Source: Pristiophorus japonicus (lineage: Eukaryota). Taken from it: 64,000 nt of DNA. Each line of letters opens with the position of its first letter. The stretch's first letter is position 1. Positions 13,386 through 26,984 of this stretch are shown here, piece by piece. The stretch spans positions 116,002,001-116,066,000 of the forward strand of contig NC_091992.1 of assembly GCF_044704955.1 (NCBI RefSeq), in the 5' to 3' direction. A model generated the notes under the pieces. The model was not told the DNA's origin and ran no database searches. It was given only the letters and a program-made list of their open reading frames with translations. Made by a program: the position numbers and the translations under genes.

Positions 13386-15354
13386 AAACGTTAGGGATCT
13401 AACATCAAGGTAGATCTCCTTCCATGGGCAATTCCCATACTCATATGGAAACTATTACAAAATCAAGGTATATTATTTTAATTTCAGAAATGTAATTCTA
13501 TTTTAGTGGCATTTTAATGAATTAAGTGGCTTGCTCCCATCTGCAACCCACCAGAGACTGACTTTGTGGGCTCTTGCTTGAAAGAAACAGCTATGAAGTT
13601 GACAAGTAAATGTTTGTTTTTAAATGAGATATACAGTGTGATTCTAAATGAACAAATTCCAGTGCTTGATCTAAAACCATTTAATTCCATTGTTTTAGGT
13701 TTGGATTGTAGTGCATTGTTTGAATAGTTGGATGTAGAAAATAAAAGTAGATCAACTAACCAGGAACAAAAAATCCTGATTAACTCTGAACCTACCACCT
13801 CGGTGGGCATAGTAAGCCCTTGGGGTTTGGATTACAATTGTCCTAATGTCACAAGCTGAATTATTTTATGTTTCCCGCCACTCCCACTATTTGATGAATA
13901 ACCACATGTTAGGGTGGTACAGCAATAATAAATGTACAAAAAATTAAATGCCATTGATGATCATAACCTACTGACCTGAAGTTACAGGAATCGCCAGTAT
14001 TACTCAGTGATTACAAATTAAATTCACATACCAAGCATACCCCACCATCATTTAGGGGCCTCGCTGTGTGGTATAAAGTTCTTCCCAAACAAGACATTTA
14101 ACAGAACTGATATGTTGATGTGCTTAAACACCTGGAATGAGGATGTGAAAAGATGCTTGAAGGTTGCAGTTATTAGGGGGTCACCATTCAAGATGTTGTA
14201 ATTATCTAAACATGAAACATGTTTCAGCAGGATGGACTTCTCGTGAGTTTGGTCGCTATTTCTTAACAATTTCAAGGGAGAAAAATGTTGGTGTTGGGAC
14301 TGAAATGTAAAGAATAGTTTTCAAAGCCAGGTCATAGCAAAACCTATCCTGGTCAATGCCTGCAACCATCACGTTCAATTGTTTCTGAAACGGATTCGAA
14401 TCTAGTCTTGGGGTAAAGCAGCAGATGTCGAAAACGATCTAAGCAGATAAAGTACAGGCCACTAGTTCACTGAATAATAGAAATTGTAGTTACAAGTGGT
14501 GTTCATTTGATCAATGCACAAACTTTGCAGTTAGCTGGAAAAGCCTGGGGTGATATCCAGCCCAGCCGTGTCCTTTGATATAGCGTGGGGCTGCTGCACA
14601 CCCGAGACAGAAACAGAATCCTGCCATCTGCCATTTATTTCACGTGATTAACTTTTGTTAGTCGTTCAACCCACCACGGACCCAGGTTACAGTCGTTTAA
14701 ATACCTAAAGTTCTAATTAAGACGAGATTTACTGAAGCAACCATCACTAAACTGGCGCATAGGAACACTGTGCTGAAGCGTTGCCAAGTAATATCACAGT
14801 ACGAGGTTTGACTATGTGGCTATTATGGGCGAGCTTTAACACGGAAGGCAGTGTAGTAATATACTGGAGTATTAAGCAATTGCAGTGTAGAAATATTGCG
14901 CCCAGTTGCATGGGGTGGCAGCGAAAGCAGTTTGGTGCTACAGCGAGACTTCTGCAATAAATGGGTGTGCGCCTGCGGGTGAGGTTGCTTCCATTTAAAC
15001 TTCAGCTAAGTTTGCAATCTGCACATTATTGGTATTGATTTAAGTAATTGCGTGTGTGACACAAGATTAAATACGGATTCATGAGGCGGGGATCCCGAAC
15101 AGTCCCAAGGCGGCCCAATGAATCAAAGCCAGGTTTCAGTGTCAGAAACACGGCAGCTCTGCAAAGCCCGCAGACGGTGTCAGCATGGAGGGTGTACCGG
15201 TGGCGACACGACTCGCTGGGGGAACTGGAACAGAGCCTTCGAGCCAGGCAGGCTGCCTTTACCTGTGCTTGCAATGGAAGGAAGGGTGCCGAGAGCCCCC
15301 TCCCACCCCGCCAATGCACGGCTGATCTCTGCCTGGTGGGACCATTGCTCCCGG

Positions 15355-16479
15355 TTAGAGACTGGTCTTGAAATCGTCGCCATTCAGCAGCGTCTTCTGC
15401 GTCTCGGTGACATCATGCAGCCTGGACCTGTCCTGCCGGCTGTCACTGCGGTCCACCTCGTCCAAGCCGCTCACCTTTTTCAGGCACAGCACGTTCTGAA
15501 AGCTCTTCTTGAAGTTGTCGGACAGAAAGGCGTAGAGGATGGGGTTGGCGCAGCTGTTGGCGTAGGAGAGCACCACCACGAACTCGTAGAGGCCCTTCAT
15601 GGCCTGGGTGGGCTTGACTTCCACCGCCAGGGACAGGAAGTTGAAGGTGTAGAAGGGCAGCCAGCAGAAGACGAAGACGGCCACGACGATGGAGACCATC
15701 CTGGTCACCTTCTTCTCCGACTTCTTGCGCTTGGAGGAGCCCACACGGATGCCCGAGGCTTTGACCTTGACGATGATCATGAGGTAGCAGAGGCAGATGA
15801 TGGTCAAAGGGAGGAAGAAGCCCAGCACGAAGGTGTAGATGCCGAAGGCCATGTACCAGGAGTTGTCCGTGCTGGGCCAGGTGATGGTGCAGCTGCTCCG
15901 GCCTTGGCGGGTCTGCACCCCCGAGTAGATCATGATGGGCAGGATGACCAGCAGCGAGATGAACCAGACCGCCCCGTTGACCAGCTTGGCCACCCGCGGC
16001 TTGCGCCAGCGGGACGAGCGGATCGGGTGCACCACCGCCAGGTAGCGGTCAATGCTCATCACCGTCAGGCAGAAGATGCTGGTGAACTGGTTGATGCCGT
16101 CCACCGACATCAGGACCCTGCAGGCGGCCTGGCCGAAGGGCCAGTGGGCCAGGGCCACCTGGATGGCCATGAAGGGCAGCCCCAGCATGAACAGCTCGTC
16201 CGCGATCGCCAGGTTCAGGATGTAGATGTTGGTCACCGTCTTCATCTTGGCGTACCGCAAGATCACGTAGATGAGCAAGGTGTTGCCGCTCAGTCCCACC
16301 ACGCACACCACGAAGTAGATGAAAGGGAGGAGGACACTGCCGCTCATGTCAACATCGAGGGGCTCGGTGCTGTTCTGGGTGACGTTTGAGTAGATCTCGG
16401 TGGCGTCCTTCCCTTCCTCGTAGGTGGCTGCAATCCATTCCAGCGTTGATCCATTCCGCGTCGAGGTGTCCAAAGCCAT
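15355..16479 (-). CDS. SSTR2: Somatostatin receptor type 2 (374 aa, single coding exon)
   Basis: 7TM class A GPCR: GN in TM1, NLAIAD, DGINQF, DRY, CWLPFY, SSTR signature [11 protein letters not shown]; SSTR2-type C-tail ([26 protein letters not shown]); strong Kozak aaaATGG; synteny with SLC39A11. Confidence 0.96.
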   Translation of the reverse strand: MALDTSTRNGSTLEWIAATYEEGKDATEIYSNVTQNSTEPLDVDMSGSVLLPFIYFVVCVVGLSGNTLLIYVILRYAKMKTVTNIYILNLAIADELFMLGLPFMAIQVALAHWPFGQAACRVLMSVDGINQFTSIFCLTVMSIDRYLAVVHPIRSSRWRKPRVAKLVNGAVWFISLLVILPIMIYSGVQTRQGRSSCTITWPSTDNSWYMAFGIYTFVLGFFLPLTIICLCYLMIIVKVKASGIRVGSSKRKKSEKKVTRMVSIVVAVFVFCWLPFYTFNFLSLAVEVKPTQAMKGLYEFVVVLSYANSCANPILYAFLSDNFKKSFQNVLCLKKVSGLDEVDRSDSRQDRSRLHDVTETQKTLLNGDDFKTSL

Positions 16480-16507
16480 TTTGTGCCACCCTGGAGTGAC
16501 GGACCCG

Positions 16508-16522
16508 CTACTGACTGTACAT
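16508..16522 (-). other. Short uORF (M-Y-S-Q-stop) in the SSTR2 5' UTR
   Basis: Minus strand ATG TAC AGT CAG TAG, ending 28 nt before the main ATG and inside the predicted exon. Confidence 0.55.
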
Positions 16523-16533
16523 TATACACGGAC

Positions 16534-17656
16534 CTGAAGCACAAGATAGCTTTAATCACCACCGGCTATTGCACACACTACTGCCACCAGCAATATATAT
16601 AGATATGCATACACTTTTAAAACTTTAACAATTCAGTCGAAAGGCAAATTGAACGCTGGCCCCCGAAGGTAATGGTACACAGAGGTGTCGGTACACAGAA
16701 CCGAGAGTTTAGCAGCTTTATCCGCGCCTTCACTCAATCTTAGGCATCGATTTTTAGCAGTCTGATTGTTATTAAATCCGATAAATCGGAAATCCATCAC
16801 CGCCCGCCCTTCGGTCTGGGTCTAACTGCAATTAACGATTGCATCGACTCTCCCCGTACAGATGTTCAAAGATCAGCTTCCCAAGAGGGGGACCTTGAGA
16901 CGATTATGGGATCTGGTAATCGGGAAACCTTTTCCATCGATTAAACCATGGCAAGACTCAATCCGATAACAAAAACATGAAACGATCCATTTATAGATGA
17001 ATATAGAAAGCTATAGGAAAGAAACCTCCCTGTCAGTCTCGGCTGACAGTCCGGTTCCTGGCCAGAAATCGGAGTGCGTGCAAGACCCCGGAGTGAGTGA
17101 CACACCAGGGTAAACGCAGTCTCCCCACGGCAGAAGCATCAGCTGTCTGAAGGGTCAGCAGCACAGAACATCTCCAAGCAGACCCATCAGAAGATGGGAA
17201 TCACTGTGAGCACAAGTCTCGCTGTCTGCGTCGGAATACTTTGCGATTCCGATGGCTCTCAGCACGCAAGTGGAGTGAAAAAAGAAGTGTGATCGATCCT
17301 GCTTATTGCTTGGTAATATATATCTCCATGCCACGCTCCTTCCAGTCTCTATCCGCTTGTGTGAACAAGGCTGTCCACCTGCGGATTTCCCTCCTCCCCA
17401 GAGACAGGGATAAGGGAGGGACAGACATGTTCAGTGTCCCCAGCACATTGGCGATATTTCGCGGTTCAATGCCACATTTGGAAAACCGTACACTCGCTGG
17501 CGTTGGCATAACCCTCAGCAATAAAGGAGAGACTCATGCGATGCTGTCATACTTAACCCATGAAACGAACTTGCTTTTGCAATTGAACCACTGGCAACAC
17601 AATTTAAATTGAGCTGACCCACGTCCCCCAAAATAAAACACCTGTAGAGCACTTAC
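16534..17656 (-). other. SSTR2: Predicted SSTR2 5' UTR intron
   Basis: Consensus donor gaag|GTAAGT (17657/17656) and acceptor tcttgtgcttCAG|g (16534/16533); mammalian SSTR2 has a 5' UTR intron. The pairing of these two sites is inferred. Confidence 0.55.
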
Positions 17657-18830
17657 CTTCCAGGAGGAAGAGAAACGGGAAAAACAGAACGCGATTCGGG
17701 TCCCTGGAACTTCAGAAGACCATTGAAATAACCACCCGTTTAATTTCACAAGGAGCCACAAGCCAGACTTCCAGCACCTGTGGGTTTTCTGCCAACTGTT
17801 ATTAAAGGTGCATCGTGTTAGTTGTTGTTGCAGAGCGGTTATTGTGAATATCTGGTGGGAGCGCAGGGGTCTGGCGAGATCCCAGCGATAGTCCCTTTTG
17901 CCTGCCCGTGCCCCCGGGATCTCGCAGCCTCTCCGTCTCTTGTCTCTCGCCTTGCGGGAGCGGCAGCCTCGACTGTTGCACGCACGATGGAGCCAGAGCT
18001 GTGAACGCCGATGCCCCACTGATGTTAAATATCCCCGACGTCTCCAACGCGTTTTTCTACGTCAGGCTCAAGAGAGATAGCGGCAGCCAGACACCCGCTG
18101 GTCTGCAAATCACTGCAGCAAACACACACACACACAAATAGATGCAGGGGAAATCAGAGACATAACATTCCCCTTAAACTCGGTGAGATGTACTAAGGTT
18201 GTTGTGGCACACTGGGATTTTAAGAGCACCCTGCTACGTGACACTTGAATCCAGGGGTGGGAGTGGGCAGCCTCGCTTATGTCCACTAAAAGCGGTATGG
18301 GGGGGCAATGGGCCGCCGCTAACTGCTATCCAACTCTAAAGGCTGGTTTCTGGACTCGTTCCGAGCTCGCCCTTGGAGAGAGAGTGATACGCCGTTGCAA
18401 AGTGGCTCTATATTCACAGGCGGAGAGGTCCTGTAAGGCGAGGAGGTGACTGTTGGCCACTGCTCTTCCTCTTGAACACTCCGTGCTTCGGACCCGAACC
18501 ACCCACCAAAAGACAACGGAGTGCCCCCACGCAACGCGAATGGCAGGTACACGAAGTCTAAAAGAAGCGATATTCTAATTGGGCGAAAAGTGAAATTTGA
18601 AGATGTCTGTTGTGCAAGGAAGCTGGGTGGGGGTGGAAGGTCCGCTGACTTTGCGTGTGTGCAGGCTCGCTTGGCATGAGACAAAACTGGTAATGCAAAA
18701 AAATCGGCTCCACCAACTTGCATTGGCGAAATGCAAGACGCAAGGAGATGACAGATACGGACATGAAAACGAATTAAAATCTCTTGGGGATGATTTTCGA
18801 GCGACATTAGCGTGTTCCCCTTTTGTGGCA
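17657..18830 (-). promoter_or_regulatory. CpG-rich region, candidate SSTR2 non-coding exon 1 and promoter
   Basis: Repeat-free and visibly CpG-rich against a CpG-poor background, directly upstream of the donor site. Confidence 0.5.
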
Positions 18831-19055
18831 GATATGAAACCGCTGGGAAAATGGTAGGAGAGTTGTGACCGTTACAGTCAGTTATGTTATTTTCTTAAAT
18901 TCAAATAATGTAATAAAAAATCGAATTGTATTTCCTTGGACCAATACAAATTGATTTTAATTGGCGCTTTTTAAGAACGTTCCCACATCACTATTAAAAC
19001 GAGGAGGATGAAGGGACCAGTGGAAAAGGTAGTTTCTCTTACTGTGACATTGTGT

Positions 19056-19452
19056 CAGCTGTGACTCAGTGGGCAGCACTCTCGCCTCTGAGTCAGAAGG
19101 TTGTGGGTTCAAGTCCCACTCCAGGGACTGGAGCATATAAGGGAGTGCTAAGGGAGTGCTGCACTGTCCGAGGTGCCCTCTCATAAGACGTTAACCTGAG
19201 GCCCGGTCTGCTCTCTCAGGTTGATGTAAAATATCCCATGAAGAGCAGCGGAGTTATCTTGGCCAATATTTGTCCCTCAATCAATATAACAGGAACAGGT
19301 TATCTGGTCATTGTCACTGTTTGTGGGAGTTTGCTGTGTGCAAATTGGCTGCTGCATTTCGTACATTACAACAGTGACTACATTACAAAAAGTACTGCAT
19401 TGGCGAAAAAGTGCTTTGAGATGTCCGCTATAGAAATCCAAGACCTTCTTTA
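19056..19452 (+). mobile_element. Near full-length tRNA-derived SINE with Deu-like core (SacSINE1-like)
   Basis: A box tgactcagtggg, B box ggttcaagtcc (19106-19116), core tgtttgtgggagtttgctgtgtgcaaattggctgctgcattt, LINE-like tail. Confidence 0.8.
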
Positions 19453-21693
19453 TTGACTGGATTAAGTCACTAGTATTGGTGGGTGTTTCCTAAAATGTGT
19501 ACCCGTTTCATAATCTGCATCCCTAACTGCTTCACTTCAACCACCTATATTAAATATTGATATTTAATTTTAATTTCGAGACTTGTTTGAGTGTGTGCTG
19601 CTCCACAGGTGCTCATGTTTGAGACTTTGAACCTGCATAATGGAATTCGTCCAACCGTTGCTTATCGTCAATAATAGTTAGTCATGTGTTTAGTTCCTGT
19701 ATTTCGGGATCCGATTGGGTAGGTTTCATCCGCATTCTTTTCACAATTGGAGACCAGCAAAATGCTGCACTTTCAATAAGACTTCAATTCACTTGAAATT
19801 TGAACATTTATCTTGATTAGATGGCAACTTCAAACAAAGTGAAAAATAAGGAGGAAATATGTTGCTATGAAGGATATTTACAGTAAGAAAGGATCATAGA
19901 ATATGCAGCGTAGATGGGGCCTTTCAACTTATGGACCTGTGCCCACCTAGTTCTTCAACTGCAGGTATCTACTCTCGTGCAATTGCTTTGCCCTTTTCCT
20001 TGTCCGTTTACATCCTTTCCTTTCAAACACTGATCCAAAATCCTCTATAACAACATTCTCTACCTCAACGGCCACTTGCGGTAAAGCATTCCATGTTTTA
20101 ATAACTAATATCAAAAAAAATTCTCCTAATTTCCCCCTTAGATCTTCAAATAATAATCCGAGCCTCTACCCCCTATTTATACCGTTTGAACCCAGACTGG
20201 ACCCTCGTTCTTCTTAACCTTGTAATGGTTTGTTGTATTTGATTTCAACTGGCTCTGAAGGGGTTAACTGAAAGAAAGTTTGGGGAAGTTTTATTGCATC
20301 TACTTGGCATCAAGAACAGGGTTTGTAGCTTGGGTTACTGTGGCAACTAAGTATTCTGGGTTCCTGTCCTTAGGAGTTAAGAGAAGCTTAGAGTAAAATT
20401 ATTGAGACAAGCCAAAAATTAGACAGTCAATGGCAAAATTGTTCATTTTTGCAGAAGGAAGACTTGGTTAGCTAAGAGCCTTAATAGTGGAAGAACATTC
20501 TTGAGAGGTTTGCAGGCAGAAGATAATTGACATTATGAGGAATATGTACCTTCTGATGAGGGTAGGAACATGGATAAACTGATAGCGTATAGGCATATCT
20601 GCTGTACTGAAACACAGTGTGGTACGATGCTTTAGGTCAAAGATCAACACACAAGCTGCCACATTCAGTCCTTTCCCTTGTGTCAGCCTGGGGTGCCTTG
20701 GTGACCTCATTGGCTCACCAGGTTCTTTTGTGTAGAGTTAATGTAATGTGTCTTTTTTCTGATACGCTCTATGCTCCAGTAACGACTCTAATCGTTCCTT
20801 CCCAAATGTACTAAACTATGTAAGAGGAGGAAAATGACCTTTTAGGTATTTCTATTGATGTACGGCAAGCTCTGTCTTTCTGCTTTCAATAATTGACTCC
20901 AGATTGTAAACATCTGCTTTTCATGATTGCCTTTGAAATTTCACACAAATTGGGTACATCAAGTAACTGCAACTACAATAAACACTGGGAAAATGTCACA
21001 ACTGTTATGTTAGCAGTGGAAAGTACTTGCCATGGTCAAAACTAAACTCAAATACCAGTTTTAGCATCAAAAAGTAATGATTGTGATTCTAAAACCAGTA
21101 ACTTTTTGACTTCAATCCGAGGTTATGTCATGGCAATTGGGGTTTGATCCCGATATCTTTTCTTCTCATTCTTTCTGCGAAAGGTAGATGTTCCAGTGCT
21201 CCCAATGATCAGAAACTGAATCTTATGGAATTAGAATAAAGGGGGTAATGTGCCACAGGGCAAAAAAGTCTCCCTTTTGTGAAATTGCTACGAGATTGTA
21301 TACGGGATCCCACTACATCTCACATCATTTCAGAAGACAGACAATACCAGCCGTAGCAGGCATTTTTCATAGAGGCTAAACTGTTATCAGGTTTATTCAC
21401 CAATAATTATTTACAGAAACAAGCAGTATATCTGAGATATTGAACTGTCTAATACAGTACTTGGAGCAAAACAAACCAGTTGGACTACTCTCTATCAGTC
21501 CATCTTATAAAACCTGTAATGAAGTACTTCTCAGAAAGAAATAAGCAATTTTGTTCCAAGATGAAAACAGATTATTATCTTTGTATGCATTGCCCTAATG
21601 TAAGGTTACAGAGTTTAATGCTCTGTTTCCTTCAGAGACGCACAATGGAAGTAATTTAGTCACCGCTTCTATGCTTGGCAACTAGCAATTTTA

Positions 21694-23310
21694 ATAAGAA
21701 CATAAGAACATAAGAAATAGGAACAAGGGTAGGCCATACGGCCCCTCGCACCTGCTCCGCCATTCAATAAGATCATGGCTGATCTGATCATGGACTCAGC
21801 TCCACTTCCCCACCCATTCCCCATAACCCCTTGTCCCTTATCGTTTAAGAAACTGTCTATTTCTGTCTTAAATTTATTCATTGTCCCAGCTTCCACAGCT
21901 CTCTGAGGCAGCAAATTCCACCCTCTGAGAGAAGACATTGCTCCTCATCTCAGTTTTAATTGGACGGCCCCTTATTCTAAGATCATGCCCTCTAGTTCTA
22001 GTCTCCCCCATCAGTGGAAACATCCTCTCTGTATCCACCTTATCAAGCCTCCTCATAATCTTATACGTTTCGATAAGATCACCTCTCATTCTTCTGAACT
22101 CCAATGAGTAGAGGCCCAACCTATTCAACCTTTCCTCATAAGTCAACCCCCTCATCCCCGGAACGAACCTAGTGAACTTTCTCTGATTGCATCCAAAGCA
22201 AGTATATCCTTTCGTAAATATGGAAACCAAAACTGCACACAGCATTCCAGGTGTGGCCACACCCTAACCTATTAAAGCTGTAGCAAGACTTCCCTGCTTT
22301 TATACTCCATCCCCTTTGCAATAAAAGCCAAGATACCATTGGCCTTCCCGATCACTTGCTGTACCTGCATATTATCCTTTTGTGTTTCATGCACAAGTAC
22401 CCCCAGGTCCCGCTGTACTGCGGCACTTTGCAATCTTTCTCCATTTAAATAATAACTTACTCTTTGATTTTTTTCTGCCAAAGTGCATGACCTCACACTT
22501 TCCAACATTATACTCCATCTGCCAAATTTTTGCCCACTGACTTAGCCTGTCTATGTCCTTTTGCAGATTTTTTGTGTCCTCACACATTGCTTTTCCTCCC
22601 ATCTTTGTATCATCAGCAAACTTGGCTATGTTACACTCAGTCCCTTCTTCTAAATTGTTCATATAGATTGTAAATAGTTGGGGTCCCAGCACTGATCCCT
22701 GCAGCACCCCACGAGTTACTGGTTGCCAACCAGAGAATAAATCATTTATCCCGACTCTCTATTCTCTGTTAGTTAGCCAATCCTCTATCCATGCTAATAT
22801 ATTACCCCCAACCCCGTGAACTATTATCTTGTGCAGTAACCTTTAATGTGGCACCTTGTCAAATGCCTTCTGGAAGTCCAAATACACCCTTTATCCACCC
22901 TGTTCGGTACATCCTCAAAGAACTCCAGCAAATTTGTCAAACATGACTTCACCTTCATAAATCCATGCTGACTCTGCCTGCCTGAATTTTGTTTATTCAA
23001 ATGTCCTGCTACTGCTTCTTTAATAATGGACTCCAACATTTTCACAACCATAGATGTTAGGCTAACTGGTCTATAGTTTCCTGCTTTTTGTCTGCTTCCT
23101 TTTTTAAATAGGGACGTTACATTTGCAGTTTTCCAATCTGCTGGGATCTCCCAGAATCCAGGGAATTTTGGTAAATTACAACCAATGCATCCACAATCCC
23201 TGCCGTTACTTCGCTTAAGACCCGAGGATGCAAACCATCAGGTCCAGGGGATTTATCTGTCTTTAGTCCCATTATCTTACTGAGTACCGCCTCCTTAGCG
23301 ATTGTGATTT
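21694..23310 (-). mobile_element. CR1 LINE, 5'-truncated (same subfamily as 2469-3705)
   Basis: RT fragments 22824-23051, 22387-22707, 21874-22260; octamer tail (TTCTTATG)n read as taagaacataagaacataagaa. Confidence 0.93.
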
Positions 23311-24362
23311 CTTCCCATTAAAGTGAATGGACAGAAAATAGCGAGCGTAATTGGATAAAAAACACTTCTCTAAGTAGAGGTGCTGAACTTGAATGTGTAA
23401 AACATTTTTGAAGAAAATAAGCAACAGCTGGAGAAGCCTGGAAAAAATTCAATGTTTATCACAATGGTATTTTATGATTTAGTCATGAACGGCGATGGAA
23501 ATATTTGCCATCTAACAGCACTGCGAAGCAATGTGCCTATTGCCAACAGAATCTGATAGTATAAAAAATGCTCCCTTTTTGTTCAAAGAGGAAGGAATGT
23601 TTACCAAAGGTTTGGTGATGCAGCTAATGCCAAATTTCTCCTGGAGAGATAATAAACTGACACTCCTTGGCTCTCTCAGTCTTTTCTTCTTCCTTCTATC
23701 TACATGGTCTTAATGCCCAAGGTTACCACTTCATTTATCTCCTCTTCTATCTTACTCTTTTCAATCTTGGTGGTATCCAGGTTTAAAAATGGATTGCACA
23801 AGAAACCCTGGGCCCTTTGGTGTATCTTACCTCCAGTATAAAGGGGACCGTAATAATGTTTTAAACTTTGACTCTGGTATGATTATGCATGATCATGTGC
23901 CTCTAATACCGAAAGTTAGCTAAAATGTAATGACAGCCCGCATTTATTCTTTCGTTGGCAGTTAAATTATACATTACAATCAATAACAACAGCAAGGTAG
24001 ATTTATAACACTTGTCTGCTAGTCACTCTCTGGCTGGAAAGCAGGAATTGCAATTAATGCCACTGGGGTAGGTCTCCAATCATAGTAATTGGGCAGTTTT
24101 ATCTTTCTTCTTTTTTTACAATAATATTAAAAAACAATTAAATTAATATTAATAAACGATTAATTAATTCAAAAGCATTACTACATTTCTCACAGAGATT
24201 GCCAGCGTTTTCTGTTTTTATTCCAGATTCCAGTATTTTGCTTTTGTATGCAAACAAAGAGAAATGTAGCAATGCTTTCTAATTACTTAATCTTTTTTTT
24301 TCAAATTTAATATAAATCATGTGCCCCTTCCAAGTGAGGTTAAGAATACTACACCTGACGTG

Positions 24363-24462
24363 TGTTCTGACGAAGGGTCAGCGACCCGAAACGCTAATTT
24401 TGCTTCCTCTCCACAGATGCTGCCTGACGTGCTGAGATTTCCAGCATTTTCTGTTTTTATTT
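24363..24462 (+). mobile_element. Penelope terminal fragment with a degenerate hammerhead motif
   Basis: gttCTGACGAagggtcagcgacccGAAAcgct followed by the same tail as 38900-38970. Confidence 0.7.
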
Positions 24463-25219
24463 AAGAATACCACAATTTGGTAGTTACACTTGGAACTTAA
24501 TGCCAAGTTGTTGATCAGTACCATTTGAATAACATCTAAACAGGCGCGACTGAAAAGAATCTTAACTTCTGTCCTCAAATACGCAGTGGAATTTACCTAC
24601 AGATACATCAATACATGACGCAGTTATACAGGCACTTTTTACAGACCAGTACCTCTTTGCAGACCTGAGTTAAACTGATCATTCTGCTTCCATTTTTTGA
24701 TGTTACTGAAGAACCAATGTTGGCTTCTTATCAGCATTCAACAAATTAACAAAGAATTTTGCAAAGTTTAATCGCAGTCTGTTGGTTCATCTGGGAAAGG
24801 TTTTTTCACATGAGTTAGTTATACTGCCAGCCGATATGAAGCTGAAGTGGCATGTGACTATCTTCTGAAGGTAGTCTCACACCGCTTGCTAGAATTGGAT
24901 CCGCTGACTTCACTTCGCGTTGTGCAACACTTGACATCAATGTAAATCCAAAACCAATTCACATGGATGTGAACTGTACTGTATAACTAGCCTGTAAAAT
25001 AGACTGAAAGGTCAAATATAAAAAATATTCAAAATTGCACTGCTACCTCCTGATGAGGGGGATGGAAACATTCTGAACATCCATAGTTATCCATGAACTA
25101 TACCCCGTTCTGAAATATACCCCGTTGCAATATGGAAAATTATAGTCGCTGGCTTTTTTTTTACAATAAAGCAAGGGATATTTCATTTACCTTTGGCTTA
25201 TGGATTAAATAAGTGGCAA

Positions 25220-25420
25220 TTGGCTTAATGGTAGGACTCTCACCTCGAAGTCAGAAGGTTGTACATTCAAGTCGTACTCCAGGGCCTCAGCAAATAGTCG
25301 AGGCTGGCATATCAGTGCAGTTCTGAGGACTGAATTCTCAGAGGTGCCTTTTTTCAATGAAATATTACATTGAAGCTCAGTCTGCCTGTTCAAGTGAATG
25401 TAAAGAAATCTCATGGCATT
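25220..25420 (+). mobile_element. tRNA-SINE 5' half, decayed
   Basis: tggcttaatggtaggactctcacctcgaagtcagaaggttgtacattcaagtc resembles 19062-19116. Confidence 0.65.
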
Positions 25421-25497
25421 TTTCAAACAAAAAAAAGGTGTTGTCCTTCAATCCCATGGCATTTTTCAAACAAAAACAAGGCGTTGTCCTTCAATCA
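25412..25497. repeat. ~43-bp tandem duplication
   Basis: catggcatttttcaaacaaaaa.aagg.gttgtccttcaatc occurs twice. Confidence 0.85.
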
Positions 25498-25504
25498 ACG
25501 CCAC

Positions 25505-26745
25505 CAACAACAACAACTTGTATTTATATAGTGCCTTTAACGTAGCAAAACATTCCAAGGTGCTTAACAAGAGATTGATCAATACAATGTTTTGACACCA
25601 AACAACAGAAGCCAATTTCAAGACAGATGACCAGAAGCTTGGTCAAAGAGGTAGGTTTTAAGGAGAGAGGCGGAGCGGTTTAAAGAGGGAATTCCAGAGC
25701 TTAGGGCCAAGGCAGCTGAAAGCACAACTGTAAATGATGGCACGAATAAAATCAGCGATGCGCAAGAGGCCGGAATTGGAGGAGAGCAGAGATCTCAAAG
25801 GCTTGTAGGGCTGGAGGAGGTTACAGAGATAGGGAGGGGCGAGGCCATGGAGAGGTATGAAAAGAAGGATGAAGATTTTAAAATTGAGGCATTGTTGGAC
25901 CAGGAGCCAGGGTAGGCCATCAAGTACAGGGGTGATGGGTAAATGAGACTTGGTCCGAGTTAAGATATGGGCAGCAAAATTTTGGATGAGCACAAGTTTA
26001 TGTCGGGTGGAAGACAGGAGGCTGGCCTGGAGAGCATTGGAATAGTCAAGTTTAGAGGTAACAAAGGCAAGGATGGGGTTTCAGCAGCGGATGAGCTAAG
26101 CCAGAGTCGGACTCATGCAATGTTACGGAGGTGGAATTAGGCAGTCTTGGTGATAGAGTGGATGTGTTCTCGGAAGCTCATCTCGGGGTCAAACACAACA
26201 CTTGCAAATGGTCTGCCTCAGCTTCAGACAGTTGCCAGGGAGAGAGATTGGAAACGGTGGTCAGGGAATGGAGTTTGTGGCGGGGACCAAAGACGATGGC
26301 TTTAGTCGACCCAATATTTAGTTGGAGGAAATTTCTGCTTATCCATTATTGAATTCCGAACAATCAGTATGACAAATCAGAACCAATGGAGGGGTCAGAA
26401 GAGAGCTGAGTGTCATCAGAGTACACATGGGACCTGATGTGTTTTCGGATGATGTCACTAAGGGGGCAGCATGTAGATGAGAAATAAAAGAGGGGCGTAT
26501 AGATCTGTAAGGGACTCTGGAGGTAAGGATGCGAGAGTTGGGAAGAGAAGCCAATGCAGGTGATTCTCTGACTACGATTCGATAGATAAGAATGGAACCA
26601 GACAAGGACCATTTCACCCAGCTGGACGACGGAGGAGAGGCGTTGGAGGAGGATGGCATGGTCAAGTATGTTGAAGGCTGCAGATAAGTTGAGCAGAATG
26701 AGGAGGGATAGTTTACCATGGTCACAGTAACATAGACTATCACCA
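25505..26745 (-). mobile_element. L2 LINE 3' part
   Basis: LIQNFAAHILTRTK..HITPVL-like motif..FKI..GLAPPYL..AFSCLGPKLWNSL; WFHSYLSNRSQ; (TTG)n tail. Confidence 0.88.
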
Positions 26746-26984
26746 GAACAGATTAACTGCGATTTAAAGGGACGTTGGATGCAATTTCATACAATTTTTC
26801 TTAAGTTCACCTGTCAATCTTAAAGAAACCTATTACAGTGGGTATCAGATCACTGTACCTGGGGAGATGAATTTGTAAATGCGACATGGCTGTTTAGGAA
26901 AGTAATACTTACACAAAGATGCCAAGAAAAGTGATATCGCAGTGCTCTGGAACTCTTGATGTCACCACACAGTGGAATATCAAT

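Noticed and set aside
15118-16389. 423-aa plus-strand ORF
   Set aside because: Antisense shadow of the GC3-rich SSTR2 CDS; no recognisable domain.
19062-19125. tRNA gene
   Set aside because: The A and B boxes are the head of a SINE and continue into SINE core and tail.
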